This document shows, in pieces, positions 45,662 through 56,645 of a DNA stretch of 64,000 nt. The first letter of the stretch is position 1. Every line of letters begins with the position of its first letter. Location: assembly GCA_000165345.1 (NCBI GenBank), contig CM000429.1, positions 224,001 to 288,000 of the forward strand, written 5' to 3'. Made by a program: the position numbers and the translations under genes. Below the pieces are notes generated by a model, which did not search any database, was not told where the DNA came from, and worked only from the letters and a program-made list of their open reading frames with translations.

Positions 45662-47962
45662 ATGGGAAATGATGATATAAAATATATTTGTATCAGATTA
45701 ATTTCAGGTCTAAAGTTTTTAGAATTTGATGATATAGAGACAGGAAAACCGTCCTTAAAGACTTCTCAAGGATTCAAAGGATGCAAACTTTTTTTGTCAA
45801 ATATTGAAATAGTGAATGAGATTCTGGAAATTGAGGCCTCAGATAGAATCTATAGAAGTTCCTTTACAAATAATTATAAGGCATTATTTCCATATCCTAA
45901 AAAAAGATTTTATCGTGTGGATGTTTTAGAAGCTTCAATAGAAGGTTATACATCAATATGGGTGAATGGAGAAAGATTTGAATTCAATTCAAATGTGATT
46001 CAAACAGGTAAAGATCTTCATGAAAGTTGGATTTGTTTGGTAACATTGATTTTTCAGATGAAAGATCTAATAGAAGAAAGGATTAAGAAAGAAAAGGAAT
46101 TAAAGATATTTGATTTTGAGAATGAGTTATGGAAGGCAAATGTAATTAATGTTCTAAAAAGATTTGATCAATCTTGGGTAGAATTTGAGAGGGAATATAT
46201 TACAGAACTGATTGCCATAGAAAATATTGCTAGAAGATTTATAATAAATTTACATAAATATATGTTAGAAAATGAAATTCTAAGTAATAATAGCGTTGGC
46301 GCCAAAATGGGTGTGAATATTGATAATAATATTGATATTTTTGTACATGAAATGCACAAGAAGGAAGAATCTGAAAATAACGGTAGCGACGGGAGTAGAT
46401 TAAAAAGTGAAATTAAGTGTAATAGTCTGGATCTAGTATTTTTTGAGCTAATAAAAAGCCTTTTTCGAGTTTTGAATCTAAATAATAAGCACAGCATTAC
46501 AGAAAACATTAATTTATCAACATGGGAACAAATAGTGCAAATTAACGAATTGGCGGCAAGCTCCCCACATTCTAGTTTTTCTGTAGTTGGCGCCTTGGGC
46601 ATGCATTGCGTGTCAGAAATGACAATATTGTTAGAAAAAGTCGCAGAAATATGCGAGATTCCAGAAAAGATAGACCCCCATATTTGTAATAATTTGAGCT
46701 TACAACAGCAAATTTTAAAGGTAGATGAGACATGGGGTATAGCAAAAAAACAATTTAATAAATTGGTATCAATGGAGAAAGAGGATGTTGATAAATTATC
46801 ACTTGTACAGCTTGTAAAATTGCTTCAAAAAGTGTTTTCAATTCAGTTTCAAATTAGAAGAAGAATTAAGGGGTTAGAAATTGGAGAATTAATCACTGAA
46901 ATAGGATCTGTGAATAATTTTGAAGAAATATGTTTATGGGAAAATATATTTGTTGAGAAATTAGAAGAATGTGATGTTATTGCATTATTGGCTCTTCCAA
47001 AGATTTGCTGTATTTTGTTTTTGGTAAATCCGGGAGTTTGTTCGGATATGATAAGTCAGTTTCTAAATAATGATACTACAATGGAATATCACTGGGTTCA
47101 ACAAGAAACTGAAAATATTGAAGATAAGTTAATAAAAAGTCAAATTTTCAGATCTATTCAATTGAATAATGCTTTACCCAATAATAAAAAGATTGAGAGT
47201 AAAAATTGCTCAGTTAAAAATTCTTTTTTAAATATGGTAACTCTTTGGAATTCATTCACAGAAGCTGTTTTATGTTGTGAAGATTATATGAATTTCTCAA
47301 CAAATTTACTAGCTTTAGAAACTAGTAAAAAAGCTTTCAATAAAGAAGAGATACTTTTTGTATATATTTTTTCACTATTAACAGGGACCTGTTTATGTGG
47401 AGAAAACCAAATAAATAATTGTAAAATCTGTAATAAAGAGACAAAGATCATTCAGGAAAATGAATTCATTAAAAAATCAGAAAAATTATTAAATTCTTTG
47501 TTAATTTCAATAGAGGAGGTGAGTATATTATTACAGAGAGTATCCGTTTCTGAATGGAATGAATTTATTCAAACTGCAGTAATTTGCATTACAAAATCAC
47601 CAATTATATTGGAAGAAATAATTAATGTTGATACTGATCAAACAGAAATTGAAATTGAACAAAATAATTTCCTTCTTAAATTGGAAGATAATACTACTAG
47701 TACTCAAACTAGTAGTAGCAATTCAGCATATATAGTGAGTCAAGCTAAAAATACTGATTCTTCTTCTTTTGTCATTAATAACACAAAAATTCAAAGTTTT
47801 TTAAGCAACATTGGCTCAATTATATATGAAAATGTTAAGAGTTATGGAAAATTTACCACTACTAGCAGAAGTTCAGTAACTCCAAAGCCTTCTGAAAGCT
47901 CTACAATGATTATGTATAGTAATTCTAATTCTAATTTCGATAATGCAACACATATATTATAA
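45662..47962 (+). CDS. Hypothetical 766-aa protein
   Basis: Long ORF of ordinary composition in gene-dense context. No recognisable domain. Confidence 0.5.
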   Translation: MGNDDIKYICIRLISGLKFLEFDDIETGKPSLKTSQGFKGCKLFLSNIEIVNEILEIEASDRIYRSSFTNNYKALFPYPKKRFYRVDVLEASIEGYTSIWVNGERFEFNSNVIQTGKDLHESWICLVTLIFQMKDLIEERIKKEKELKIFDFENELWKANVINVLKRFDQSWVEFEREYITELIAIENIARRFIINLHKYMLENEILSNNSVGAKMGVNIDNNIDIFVHEMHKKEESENNGSDGSRLKSEIKCNSLDLVFFELIKSLFRVLNLNNKHSITENINLSTWEQIVQINELAASSPHSSFSVVGALGMHCVSEMTILLEKVAEICEIPEKIDPHICNNLSLQQQILKVDETWGIAKKQFNKLVSMEKEDVDKLSLVQLVKLLQKVFSIQFQIRRRIKGLEIGELITEIGSVNNFEEICLWENIFVEKLEECDVIALLALPKICCILFLVNPGVCSDMISQFLNNDTTMEYHWVQQETENIEDKLIKSQIFRSIQLNNALPNNKKIESKNCSVKNSFLNMVTLWNSFTEAVLCCEDYMNFSTNLLALETSKKAFNKEEILFVYIFSLLTGTCLCGENQINNCKICNKETKIIQENEFIKKSEKLLNSLLISIEEVSILLQRVSVSEWNEFIQTAVICITKSPIILEEIINVDTDQTEIEIEQNNFLLKLEDNTTSTQTSSSNSAYIVSQAKNTDSSSFVINNTKIQSFLSNIGSIIYENVKSYGKFTTTSRSSVTPKPSESSTMIMYSNSNSNFDNATHIL

Positions 47963-48314
47963 GAAACTTAGTTTTTTAATCTGTCTATTTTTATTTTTCT
48001 AAATACTATACTTTGGTGTAAAACATTTTGATTAATCATTTATTTTTATTGCGATTTTTTGTTGTGTTGTTAAAAATAATCCAAATATACATATTACGTG
48101 TCAAATATTGAAATAAAGCTCTAAATAAAATTTAAAAAGAAAAAACAGAGTTAGTTCGAAATTATATTTAAAAGTTTAATACAATAATAAAAGTTGAAAC
48201 ATTTAAAAAATATTATGAAAAAAAAATGAGAAATTCTCTACTATTCCAAAACCTAAAGCTATCTGTTTCTAATTTATTGCATGTATTGTAATAAGTGGCC
48301 GCTAATCGTCCGGG

Positions 48315-48382
48315 ATTTCCCGCCAATTGCTTTGGCTGCATGCATTTTTTATATATGCAAAATTGCATGCAACGCATGCAGA
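48315..48382. promoter_or_regulatory. Motif cluster: ATTTCCCGCC (48315..48323), CTGCATGCAT (48337..48346), TTGCATGCAA (48363..48372) and CGCATGCAG (48374..48382)
   Basis: Direct read, 220-290 bp upstream of the ATG at 48604. Confidence 0.5.
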
Positions 48383-48603
48383 TTTTACATTAAATTTATC
48401 AATATTCTTAGGAATGGGGTACTGAAAGAAATTATTTAAGCAAATTAATAAATAATTCAGGTAAAAGTTGAAAAACCAAAAAAAAAAAAAATAATTTTAT
48501 TTGAAAGAAAACAAGAGGGACTTTAATGAAAGGTTAGAGGGATAGTCCATAAAACTCTCCATATAAGAGAAGGAGTAAATCAAGGCCAATTAAGTTTAAA
48601 GCG

Positions 48604-51600
48604 GTGCAGATAAATACGGGTCTGTGTGTAAGTGTGGGGATAAGGAGTCCGATGTCAAAGGCTTCACAGCTGGAGAAAGTGGAGCAACAAGAGGAAAATA
48701 TCTCAGAACTCATTAATGGTAGGGAAACTGTCAAAGGAGTAAGGAAAGATGTGCTGGAATATATGCAAGGAAGCTGGGAAGATCAATCGCTGCAAACGCC
48801 TCAGTCTGCAATGTTTAAAGCAAACAAAGAAAATGAGTCGGATATAATGGACACATATTGTGAAAGTGGGCCTGAGACTCCTGAAGAATGTTTAGATAAT
48901 TCTGAAGGGGGACTATCACCAATTAACTCAGCTGAGAGCGAGGGATTAAATGGAAGTATTGGAGATGTAAATCAATGCAAGATATGGGAGGAAGAAACTA
49001 TCAAAAAGTTTGAAAAGTTGTTAAGAAATATACAGCTTTTTAGCAGAGCTATTACAGTCTACATAATATATCATATCACAGTTTTGAACCTTTACCCATC
49101 AATATATACTGTTAATAAGGAAATGAATACTGATGAGATTTTTGAATATTATTATGCTCAACATATCATTCCAAAAAGCCTTCCAACTAGTATTATGGAT
49201 TCATGCTTTTTAGGTTGCATCATATTCATATTAACATATGTTGCCTCAAGAGCTCTGAGGGCAAATTTGAAGGAAATTAAAAGAAATAAGCTGAATAACT
49301 ATCAGATTAAGAAAGCTAGAAGTACTTATGGAAAGAAGATGATGATATGTGGGGTAGCAGGAAGAGTGTTTGGTATTTCCTGTCTATTGATTATTTTAGT
49401 TGGTTTGACACAATACGTTGCTCATGAAAGTTTAAACACTAAAGGATTACTGGTTCCAGATATTTGGTTCTCATTAGCCAAAGATAAATACAAATATGAT
49501 GATTATAAGGGATTTACAAGTTTGTTAGCCCATATAATATTATACTGGACAGGATTATCTGTTGACTTTTTTGGCTTCATTACTGCATTAAGAATGGTTT
49601 TTGCCTATGTTCACTTATTTGATGGAGTTATTCTTGGTATTTACTTATGTATGGTTGTAGGAATTGGTTTACCTTTAATGCAAGAAGGTCTTTTGGGACC
49701 AAAGAATTCATGCAATGCAAATGATCACCATTGGTATAAATTTGATACTCATGAGATCACATTCTTCAGGGATGAGTCAGGAAAGATTCGAACTGGAGAT
49801 TTCAGAGGTCCAACAAGTACTAATTACCCACCTCTATTTTACAGTGAATACATTACAATGGATGATGGAGTTAAAATTGCTGTAGATGTATATTTACCTA
49901 GAATCAGATTTGGGTACAAAACCTTGCCAACTGTAGTAGATATTACAAGATATAATAGAAGAATGGATGTTCATTGGCCATTCACTTTATTCTCTCTCTG
50001 GGGAGAACCCAAATCTGTATCAATGAATATTTGGTCTTGGCAAATTACTCAAACTTTTATTCCTAACTTTTATGCTGTTGTTGTAGTTGATACCAGGGGA
50101 ACAGGTGCAAGTACCGGGCATAGAATTGTGGATTTTTCAGAAAACGAGGTTGATGATTTTAGACAAATTATTGGATGGATAAAGAATCAGCCTTGGAGTA
50201 ATGGAAAGGTAGGAGTAGGAGGAATCAGTTATGATGGAATGGCTGCAATCAAAACAGCTGCATTATCTGGAAATAATGAATCTGAAAGCAGCTCAGAAGG
50301 TTTTAGAAGTGATAACAATCTAGTTGATGCAGTTTTTGCTCTTTCATCGCCAATGAATGTAATTAAAGAGTTAATTGAGCCAGGGGGTTTGATTTGTAAA
50401 CCTCTAGTGGAAGACTATTATAGTATAACATATTCGTTTGAACAATATGGATCTCCATTACTTCATTTCTTAAAAACGGTTGCATATTATCCTTTTAAAT
50501 TGGTGGTAGCCTTCTTATTAGTAATAGGAAATGTTTCTCCTGTTCAAGGGTATTCAAGTATTAAGAAGCAAGCATTGGAAATGCATCAAAAGAATTGGGA
50601 TATGTCAAAGACTATTAAGAAGTACAAGTACTTGGATGAACAGGTTGAGTTAGATGATGGAACTTTGATATACGCAGAAAGGCTTGGGAATACTGAAGAT
50701 GTTGCAACAATTCTCGGAAATAAGGGAGTAAATGTCTATTTAACTTCAGGATATTGTGATTCTGCTAACTCTAGAGGAGTAATTCAATTCTATGATGCTT
50801 TAGTAGAGTCAGCATCTAAGGCATATGAGCAGTATTTACTAGAAGCTGGAAATATGGCATCTAAAGAAAAACCTATATATAAGTTGGTCCTTGGTCCTTG
50901 GACTCACTCCGGCAGAGCAAGTTGCTCTCCATTTGGAAAAAGTATTTCTTGTTTTGAGCCAGCCTTATATTACGACTTGGTTAGATTTATGGACTGTGCT
51001 TTGAAAGGAATTTGCTGGGAAAACCAAGATAAGAACATTCATTTCTTCCAAGTTGGAGAAGAAAAATGGTATACTACAGACAAATTCCCTCCTCCAGATA
51101 CCAAGTATCTTCAGTTTTCTTTTGAAAAGCATGGAGAGAATGAAAAAAGTTCAATTCAAGAATTCTCATCAATATTAGGAACTAGATTTGTTCCACTTGT
51201 ATTCCAATCAAAAAAGAAGGAAACAAGAACAAATTTAAATCAAAGTCAAAACAATCCTTCAGGATCTTCCTCAAGCTACATTCAACTCAAAGTTGGTGAT
51301 AACTATTTCTCAGAATATAGATCCAGATGGATGATTGCAATGCATCCTTTTAGAGTTACAGTATCTTATAATGAGAAAGGAAAACAATTATGGCATGCTG
51401 GTGAAAGACTTCACCAAAAAAGAAAAAGTAGACAGCATATAAGATTTGCAACTGCACCATTTAAGGCAGATATACGACTTGTAGGGAGTGTTTGGTTACA
51501 TTTCTCAGTTCAACTTCTTGATGGTTATGATGCTCCAATCTATGTATACTTGGAGGATATTTCTCCAGAAAACGAAATTATGTATATAACAGAAGGATTG

Positions 51601-51963
51601 GCACAAATTGGACACAGACATGTTAATATGACAAAAAGTGCTCTTGAGAACATACCACATGGATCAGCAAGGAAGGTTATTAGGCCTCTTACAAGGAGTT
51701 ATTACCAGCCTTTAAGAAGAATTGGGGATGAATCTCCAATGCAAATCACTTTGGAACCAATTACTTGGACCTTCTTTAAAGATCACAGACTGGCCATCTC
51801 AATTACAGGTGCAGATACAAAGAACTTTAAACTACATCATATTTCTCAGAACATTAAAATAGCCAAAACCATTAATATTAAGCTGGACAACTCGTTTATG
51901 GTCAAACTTCCAGTTAATAGAGAGGACTACAATACTTGGATTGAGTTAAATCCTGAAGTTTAA
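48604..51963 (+). CDS. Membrane-anchored CocE/NonD-family (peptidase S15, X-Pro dipeptidyl-peptidase-like) alpha/beta hydrolase
   Basis: Residues of about 150-380 form four or more hydrophobic helices. The C-terminal 700 aa carry CocE/NonD hallmarks: ITMDDGVKIAVDVYLP, VVVDTRGTGASTGH, SENEVDDFRQIIGWIKNQPWSNGKVGVGGISYDGMAA (GxSYxG nucleophile). Confidence 0.75.
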   Translation: MQINTGLCVSVGIRSPMSKASQLEKVEQQEENISELINGRETVKGVRKDVLEYMQGSWEDQSLQTPQSAMFKANKENESDIMDTYCESGPETPEECLDNSEGGLSPINSAESEGLNGSIGDVNQCKIWEEETIKKFEKLLRNIQLFSRAITVYIIYHITVLNLYPSIYTVNKEMNTDEIFEYYYAQHIIPKSLPTSIMDSCFLGCIIFILTYVASRALRANLKEIKRNKLNNYQIKKARSTYGKKMMICGVAGRVFGISCLLIILVGLTQYVAHESLNTKGLLVPDIWFSLAKDKYKYDDYKGFTSLLAHIILYWTGLSVDFFGFITALRMVFAYVHLFDGVILGIYLCMVVGIGLPLMQEGLLGPKNSCNANDHHWYKFDTHEITFFRDESGKIRTGDFRGPTSTNYPPLFYSEYITMDDGVKIAVDVYLPRIRFGYKTLPTVVDITRYNRRMDVHWPFTLFSLWGEPKSVSMNIWSWQITQTFIPNFYAVVVVDTRGTGASTGHRIVDFSENEVDDFRQIIGWIKNQPWSNGKVGVGGISYDGMAAIKTAALSGNNESESSSEGFRSDNNLVDAVFALSSPMNVIKELIEPGGLICKPLVEDYYSITYSFEQYGSPLLHFLKTVAYYPFKLVVAFLLVIGNVSPVQGYSSIKKQALEMHQKNWDMSKTIKKYKYLDEQVELDDGTLIYAERLGNTEDVATILGNKGVNVYLTSGYCDSANSRGVIQFYDALVESASKAYEQYLLEAGNMASKEKPIYKLVLGPWTHSGRASCSPFGKSISCFEPALYYDLVRFMDCALKGICWENQDKNIHFFQVGEEKWYTTDKFPPPDTKYLQFSFEKHGENEKSSIQEFSSILGTRFVPLVFQSKKKETRTNLNQSQNNPSGSSSSYIQLKVGDNYFSEYRSRWMIAMHPFRVTVSYNEKGKQLWHAGERLHQKRKSRQHIRFATAPFKADIRLVGSVWLHFSVQLLDGYDAPIYVYLEDISPENEIMYITEGLAQIGHRHVNMTKSALENIPHGSARKVIRPLTRSYYQPLRRIGDESPMQITLEPITWTFFKDHRLAISITGADTKNFKLHHISQNIKIAKTINIKLDNSFMVKLPVNREDYNTWIELNPEV

Positions 51964-52453
51964 CAAAGTCCAACAAAGACTGACTCAATTAGGCGTAATT
52001 AATAATAATTTGGCTAAGATATAAGGGTATTAATATGTCCGTTAGGAGGTTAAATAATCGGGAAAAAGAAGCAATAAGAAAGAAACGACCAGAAATAAAC
52101 AATAATCTCACCAAGAAACAGGCTAAATTGTCAAAGGAGAAATTCCTTCCCACATTTCAAGGTTTTTTCTCTTGGTGTCTTGAAGCAGCAAAATATGAAT
52201 GTGGGAAGCCCGCCTAATTTTGTTATTAAATGCTTGAACATTAATACATTTTGAGTAATAACAAAAAATTGTGAGCTTTTCCTGTGAAAAAGACTCCGTA
52301 CAGTTCTTGAAGGGGTTAGGCATTGGAAGGCTGCAAAAGGTTCTTAATTGGTGGTTTGCAGGCTCCGTGCTGGGTTAGGTAAAAAGAACAGATTGGTTGA
52401 AAATAACCAAGAGATTGTGAGATAAAGTGGATTTTTACAATTGTTGAATTCTG

Positions 52454-53839
52454 GTGGCTTTTGGCAGAATTATGAGTGTTTTAAGGAATAGATATATTCC
52501 CAGAATGGAAGAGTACAATTCTTCAAAATCAACAGGATATATGGGTTTTTGGGCATCTATTCTTTTGTCAATACCAGTAATTATACTTTGGGTATTTTCT
52601 GAGCTCTTTTCAAGAGGTTTGCTTTTCGAAAGTTTAAGAATGTCTTCAAATATGAGAGTAGCATATGGGGTCATGGCAGTAGTTGCTATTACTATGGTAA
52701 TGTCAATACATTTTCTCCCAAGTGGAACTTTTAGATGGCCTTGTTATGCTTTTTGGAAGATTATAATGGGCATGAATATTCTATATTTTATGCTTTTAAC
52801 ATTTTTACTCTTTCAGGACACAGAGCATATCAGAAATACTTTGGTTTATATTGACCCAAAGTTAATTGAAAAGGTCCCGGAGGTGAATTATGCAGGAAAT
52901 TCGTGTTCGATAATTGATGGATCAAATGGATGGTTTTCAAACATTCTTCCAAAGATAGATATGTTTGTTATTGCTCACTTCCTTGGTTGGATGGTCAAAG
53001 CATTAATCTTAAGGAATAATTTTCTTGTTTGGTTTAATTCAATATTGTTTGAATGGCTTGAAATTACCCTTAGACACATTTTACCAAACTTTTATGAATG
53101 CTGGTGGGACCATATAATTTTGGATATTTTTGGATGCAACATGATAGGTATATTCTTGGGGAATTATATAATTAAAAGATTCAACATGACTCGTTTTAAT
53201 TGGCATACTTGCCGTAATGGACTTGGAGGCCAAGAATATGATCATAAAGCAGGTGATTCAATTTCAAATTCAAAACAGAGTATAAAAGCTTCAAAAGAGG
53301 TAGGCTCTAGTTCTGTAAATAAGAAAAAACAAAAATCCACATCAAAACCAAGATTATTAAAAGTAAAGAATTTCATGTATTCATTGTTTAAATGGCCAAA
53401 AATTCTCACAACATTACGTGGTCTTGGATCTTTTTTGATTTTGACAGCAATTGTTCAGTTGATTGACTTGAATTACTTTTTTTTCAAAGCTGAGTTCAAT
53501 ATGCCAGTTTCTCACTGGATTTTTGGTTTAAGAACAGCTCTTTTGGCAATTAGTGGTGCTTCAGCAGTCAGAGAATTATATGAAACAATCGCAAGGGATT
53601 CATCAATTCACTTTGGTAAAGTGAGCTTTCAATGTTGGCTCATCGTGGTAGTAATCTTTACAGAATCACTGCTTTGTTGGAGATTTAGTGGAAATCTTCG
53701 TGTTGATTCTTTCATACCCTCGAATTTTATTATATATATTTGGACTTTTATCTTTTTCATTCTTGTTGTTTTGTATTTATTTTTAACTTTGAAAAGTTTT
53801 TTTCAAAATTTTGGTCCAAGCGACAAAAAAAATAAATAA
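52454..53839 (+). CDS. PSS: Phosphatidylserine synthase, base-exchange type (PTDSS1/2-like)
   Basis: IAHFLGWMVKALILRNNFLVWFNSILFEWLEITLRHILPNFYECWWDHIILDIFGCNMIGIFLG closely matches the conserved PTDSS core (AHFIGWAMKALLIR...LPNFAECWWDQVILDIL). It is a multi-pass TM protein of 461 aa. Confidence 0.75.
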   Translation: MAFGRIMSVLRNRYIPRMEEYNSSKSTGYMGFWASILLSIPVIILWVFSELFSRGLLFESLRMSSNMRVAYGVMAVVAITMVMSIHFLPSGTFRWPCYAFWKIIMGMNILYFMLLTFLLFQDTEHIRNTLVYIDPKLIEKVPEVNYAGNSCSIIDGSNGWFSNILPKIDMFVIAHFLGWMVKALILRNNFLVWFNSILFEWLEITLRHILPNFYECWWDHIILDIFGCNMIGIFLGNYIIKRFNMTRFNWHTCRNGLGGQEYDHKAGDSISNSKQSIKASKEVGSSSVNKKKQKSTSKPRLLKVKNFMYSLFKWPKILTTLRGLGSFLILTAIVQLIDLNYFFFKAEFNMPVSHWIFGLRTALLAISGASAVRELYETIARDSSIHFGKVSFQCWLIVVVIFTESLLCWRFSGNLRVDSFIPSNFIIYIWTFIFFILVVLYLFLTLKSFFQNFGPSDKKNK

Positions 53840-54129
53840 CTTTTGAAGTCGTCAATTATAATAGTTTAAACATATTTTCCTTTCTTGTATTGCAGATAGC
53901 ATGTCAGGGCATTCGTTAATTGTTTACCGGAATTTGTATCTTTTTAGACTATTTCCTAAACTAATAGTATATTCATTAGTTAATTCATATTGGCTATATA
54001 ATTACTTTGAATACTAAAATATATTTCTCTTTTTGCGAGGAATTTTTTGCCGTATTTTAATGATTGGGAAATGTTCATCTTTGCATGTGGTCGAACACCG
54101 GTATTGAATTTTCTCAAATTACGAATATG

Positions 54130-54150
54130 CTTGCCCGCCAATTGCATGCA
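54130..54150. promoter_or_regulatory. TTGCCCGCCAA (E2F-like) directly abutting TTGCATGCAA
   Basis: Direct read, about 410 bp upstream of the ATG at 54558. A further TTGGCGCGC is at 54472..54480. Confidence 0.45.
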
Positions 54151-54557
54151 ACCACTAAGATGTAATTGTTGTAAATATGCACACAAAAAGAATAGTTTAA
54201 AAATTAATATATTTACTATTTAATTGACAGATAATAAAGTAATTAGCAAGTCAGCTAATATGATTTTTTCGGTAAAATTCATAGCGTGTAAGAGACATTG
54301 AGTTAGCAATATAAAAAAGAGAGCTCACAAACATCTCTTTCAACATAAACAATGAACATCAAATCTCCATATTTTAAAAATTTTAAATAGTATTGAAGGT
54401 ATTCACATTTTAAAAAAAAAAAAAAAAGAAATACATTCCTCGATAAGGCTAAATTAGTGGGGAACACGTAGTTGGCGCGCATGCTGTATATTAACTCAAG
54501 GAACGAATTTATGTAAAGGAGTAGAGGAATAGCAATAGTGACAAAAGAAGTAAGGAA

Positions 54558-56279
54558 ATGTTGGATAGAGGACTTCTTCAGTCAATATTTGGTTCTGATT
54601 CAGCCTCAGCTCCTTCAGGATATCAATTAAATGAGGTAACTAATTTGAGTTATATTCAGGAAGGTAGTTGTAATTATTTGGAGGACTATTTAATCAAAAA
54701 ATTAAAAAGAAATGATCCGAAAGTAAAGTTTAAGGCATTAAGATTGATAAAACACCTCTGTGAGAATGGTAATCCAACTTTTAAGATGCTGGTACAACGT
54801 CATGCGAATCAAATAAGAGTTTGTCAAAGCTATAAGGGCACATTTGATCCTGTATATGGAGATACTTTATCGGAATTAGTTAGAGAAGAAGCAATTCAAT
54901 GTTTAAAGTCAATATTTAGCAGCAACAATAGGAGTGACGAGAGTATCAAAGTTGGGAACCAAAGTAAAGGGTCTGGACTTAAAGCTAATGGATCTGCGAA
55001 TAATAGTTACAAAGATAGAATTCATGGATTTGGAAATCCAAACTTTATTGATAAAATAGAGCCAGATAATGACTCAATGGATATTTCTCAAATTGGGAAT
55101 TCTATTGTATACAATGCAAAAATCGGACAATATAATCAAGTAGTTGATGACCTTTCTGAGTTAGTGTTGAAAGTACTTCCAAACAAGTTAATTAATGGTA
55201 TTTCGAACTATTATGGGAACTCCAGAAGCGGAGCAAAACCTGCAAATTTTAGTTATCAGAGCAATCCTGAGCCTCGCAGAGACTTCAGAGATGGCTTCTT
55301 TAACAGTGAAATCTCAAGAGGAGTTACCAATATTCAAAATTATCAGATTCCAACATATAAACAAAAAGATTTCCCTGAGTGTAAAATCGAGGAAAATAAG
55401 CTTCAATATTCAAAACCTACTATTACAATAAACAGCCAAAATATTTCCAGTGGCAATACACTAGAAACCCATTTTGTTGAAAGCTATTGCTCATCAACAG
55501 GACTAATTATGAATCCTTCCAATGAAATTCTTCAAAATAGCATCAAAGAGATTCAAAAATTAGATATACCTATTGTTATTAAGTTGCTACATAACAAACT
55601 AATCGATCTAAGCGATACAGATACTAACTTTGGTAAGAAAGATAATGAAACCCATAGCAATGGCAATGATGAACAAACTGATAGTTATTATATTGATAAA
55701 AATGAACAACATAAATCTCCTTACACTTCGAATCAAACATTAAAATCAGAAAGTAACTTCAAAGTTATTTATAAAATTTTGTGCCTCATTCTTTCTATGC
55801 TTGAAACAAATCAAAACACTAAAAAAAGTCTCATTGAGTATTCAAATGACGATTTCATACACTTCCTGAATACAATTTCAACCAGTAACATTCACTGTAG
55901 GAGAAAGGTCAAACAAATTATCGAAGTATTAGGTGCCAGCACCAGCACCTCGCATGCAGTTGCGCATGCCCCACAATGCCCGCCCGACGTTGAGTTAACT
56001 AATAATTTAATAGACTTGAGTACGGAAAGTACAGATTTTAAGGCTGATAAAGAATTAAATTCAGTAACTGATCTGACAGATTCATTATTAATACTATCAA
56101 ATCAGACGCAGGAGAATTCCTATAAGAAAAATAATTTATTTAAGAATTTATCAATAAAAAATCATTCAAATAAAGCAGGAGCTATAAATTCGAGGAGGCA
56201 ACAACAGGACAAGCAAACTAAAGGTTTTGGATCAAATGAAAACGTAGGAAAGTCTCTAGTCGATTTGGGAATATTATAG
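54558..56279 (+). CDS. Tepsin-like protein (AP-4 accessory) with an N-terminal ENTH/VHS-like (tENTH) domain and a low-complexity C-terminal half
   Basis: The N-terminal 120 aa (SGYQLNEVTNLSYIQEGSCNYLEDYLIKKL...KVKFKALRLIKHLCENGNPTFKMLVQRHANQIRVCQSYKGTFDPVYGDTLSELVREEAIQCLKSIF) align well with the tepsin tENTH domain. Confidence 0.55.
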   Translation: MLDRGLLQSIFGSDSASAPSGYQLNEVTNLSYIQEGSCNYLEDYLIKKLKRNDPKVKFKALRLIKHLCENGNPTFKMLVQRHANQIRVCQSYKGTFDPVYGDTLSELVREEAIQCLKSIFSSNNRSDESIKVGNQSKGSGLKANGSANNSYKDRIHGFGNPNFIDKIEPDNDSMDISQIGNSIVYNAKIGQYNQVVDDLSELVLKVLPNKLINGISNYYGNSRSGAKPANFSYQSNPEPRRDFRDGFFNSEISRGVTNIQNYQIPTYKQKDFPECKIEENKLQYSKPTITINSQNISSGNTLETHFVESYCSSTGLIMNPSNEILQNSIKEIQKLDIPIVIKLLHNKLIDLSDTDTNFGKKDNETHSNGNDEQTDSYYIDKNEQHKSPYTSNQTLKSESNFKVIYKILCLILSMLETNQNTKKSLIEYSNDDFIHFLNTISTSNIHCRRKVKQIIEVLGASTSTSHAVAHAPQCPPDVELTNNLIDLSTESTDFKADKELNSVTDLTDSLLILSNQTQENSYKKNNLFKNLSIKNHSNKAGAINSRRQQQDKQTKGFGSNENVGKSLVDLGIL

Positions 56280-56423
56280 TTATTTTCTAGCCACTAATTG
56301 TTCGAATGTTTTCTTTCCCCCTCCTTTTTTTTTGTATATTTTATACTCATTTTCTTAAGTTTACTCATTAATTCAAATTATTATGAATTTGTAGTGCTTC
56401 TGGTGAATATGACTTCTTAAGAG

Positions 56424-56433
56424 TTGGCGCCAA
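56424..56433. promoter_or_regulatory. Palindromic E2F-like site TTGGCGCCAA, about 210 bp upstream of the ATG at 56646
   Basis: Direct read. Confidence 0.4.
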
Positions 56434-56645
56434 ATTGTGCAAAATTATTGGTGGAATTTCTGGATCAAAATAAAATTTCAATAAGAAAAGAACAATATTT
56501 TGTGTATTTGATTGAAATTAATTCTTTGTATCAAAATTCGATTCATTACTTATGCCTCTATTGTATTTAGAATACAAGAAAATATTTTTATAAGGTAATA
56601 CTTATTTGCAAAACGAATAAAGTGAGGGGAAGCTAGAAGTTAGTA

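Noticed and set aside
52035-52323. Small ORFs 52035..52217 (+) and 52123..52323 (-) between the hydrolase and PSS genes
   Set aside because: They are mutually overlapping. The + ORF is Lys-rich and could in principle be a tiny protein, but it has no recognisable family, an ordinary length for chance ORFs in a 490-bp spacer, and an AAGCCCGCC motif at its 3' end that is more plausibly part of the PSS promoter.
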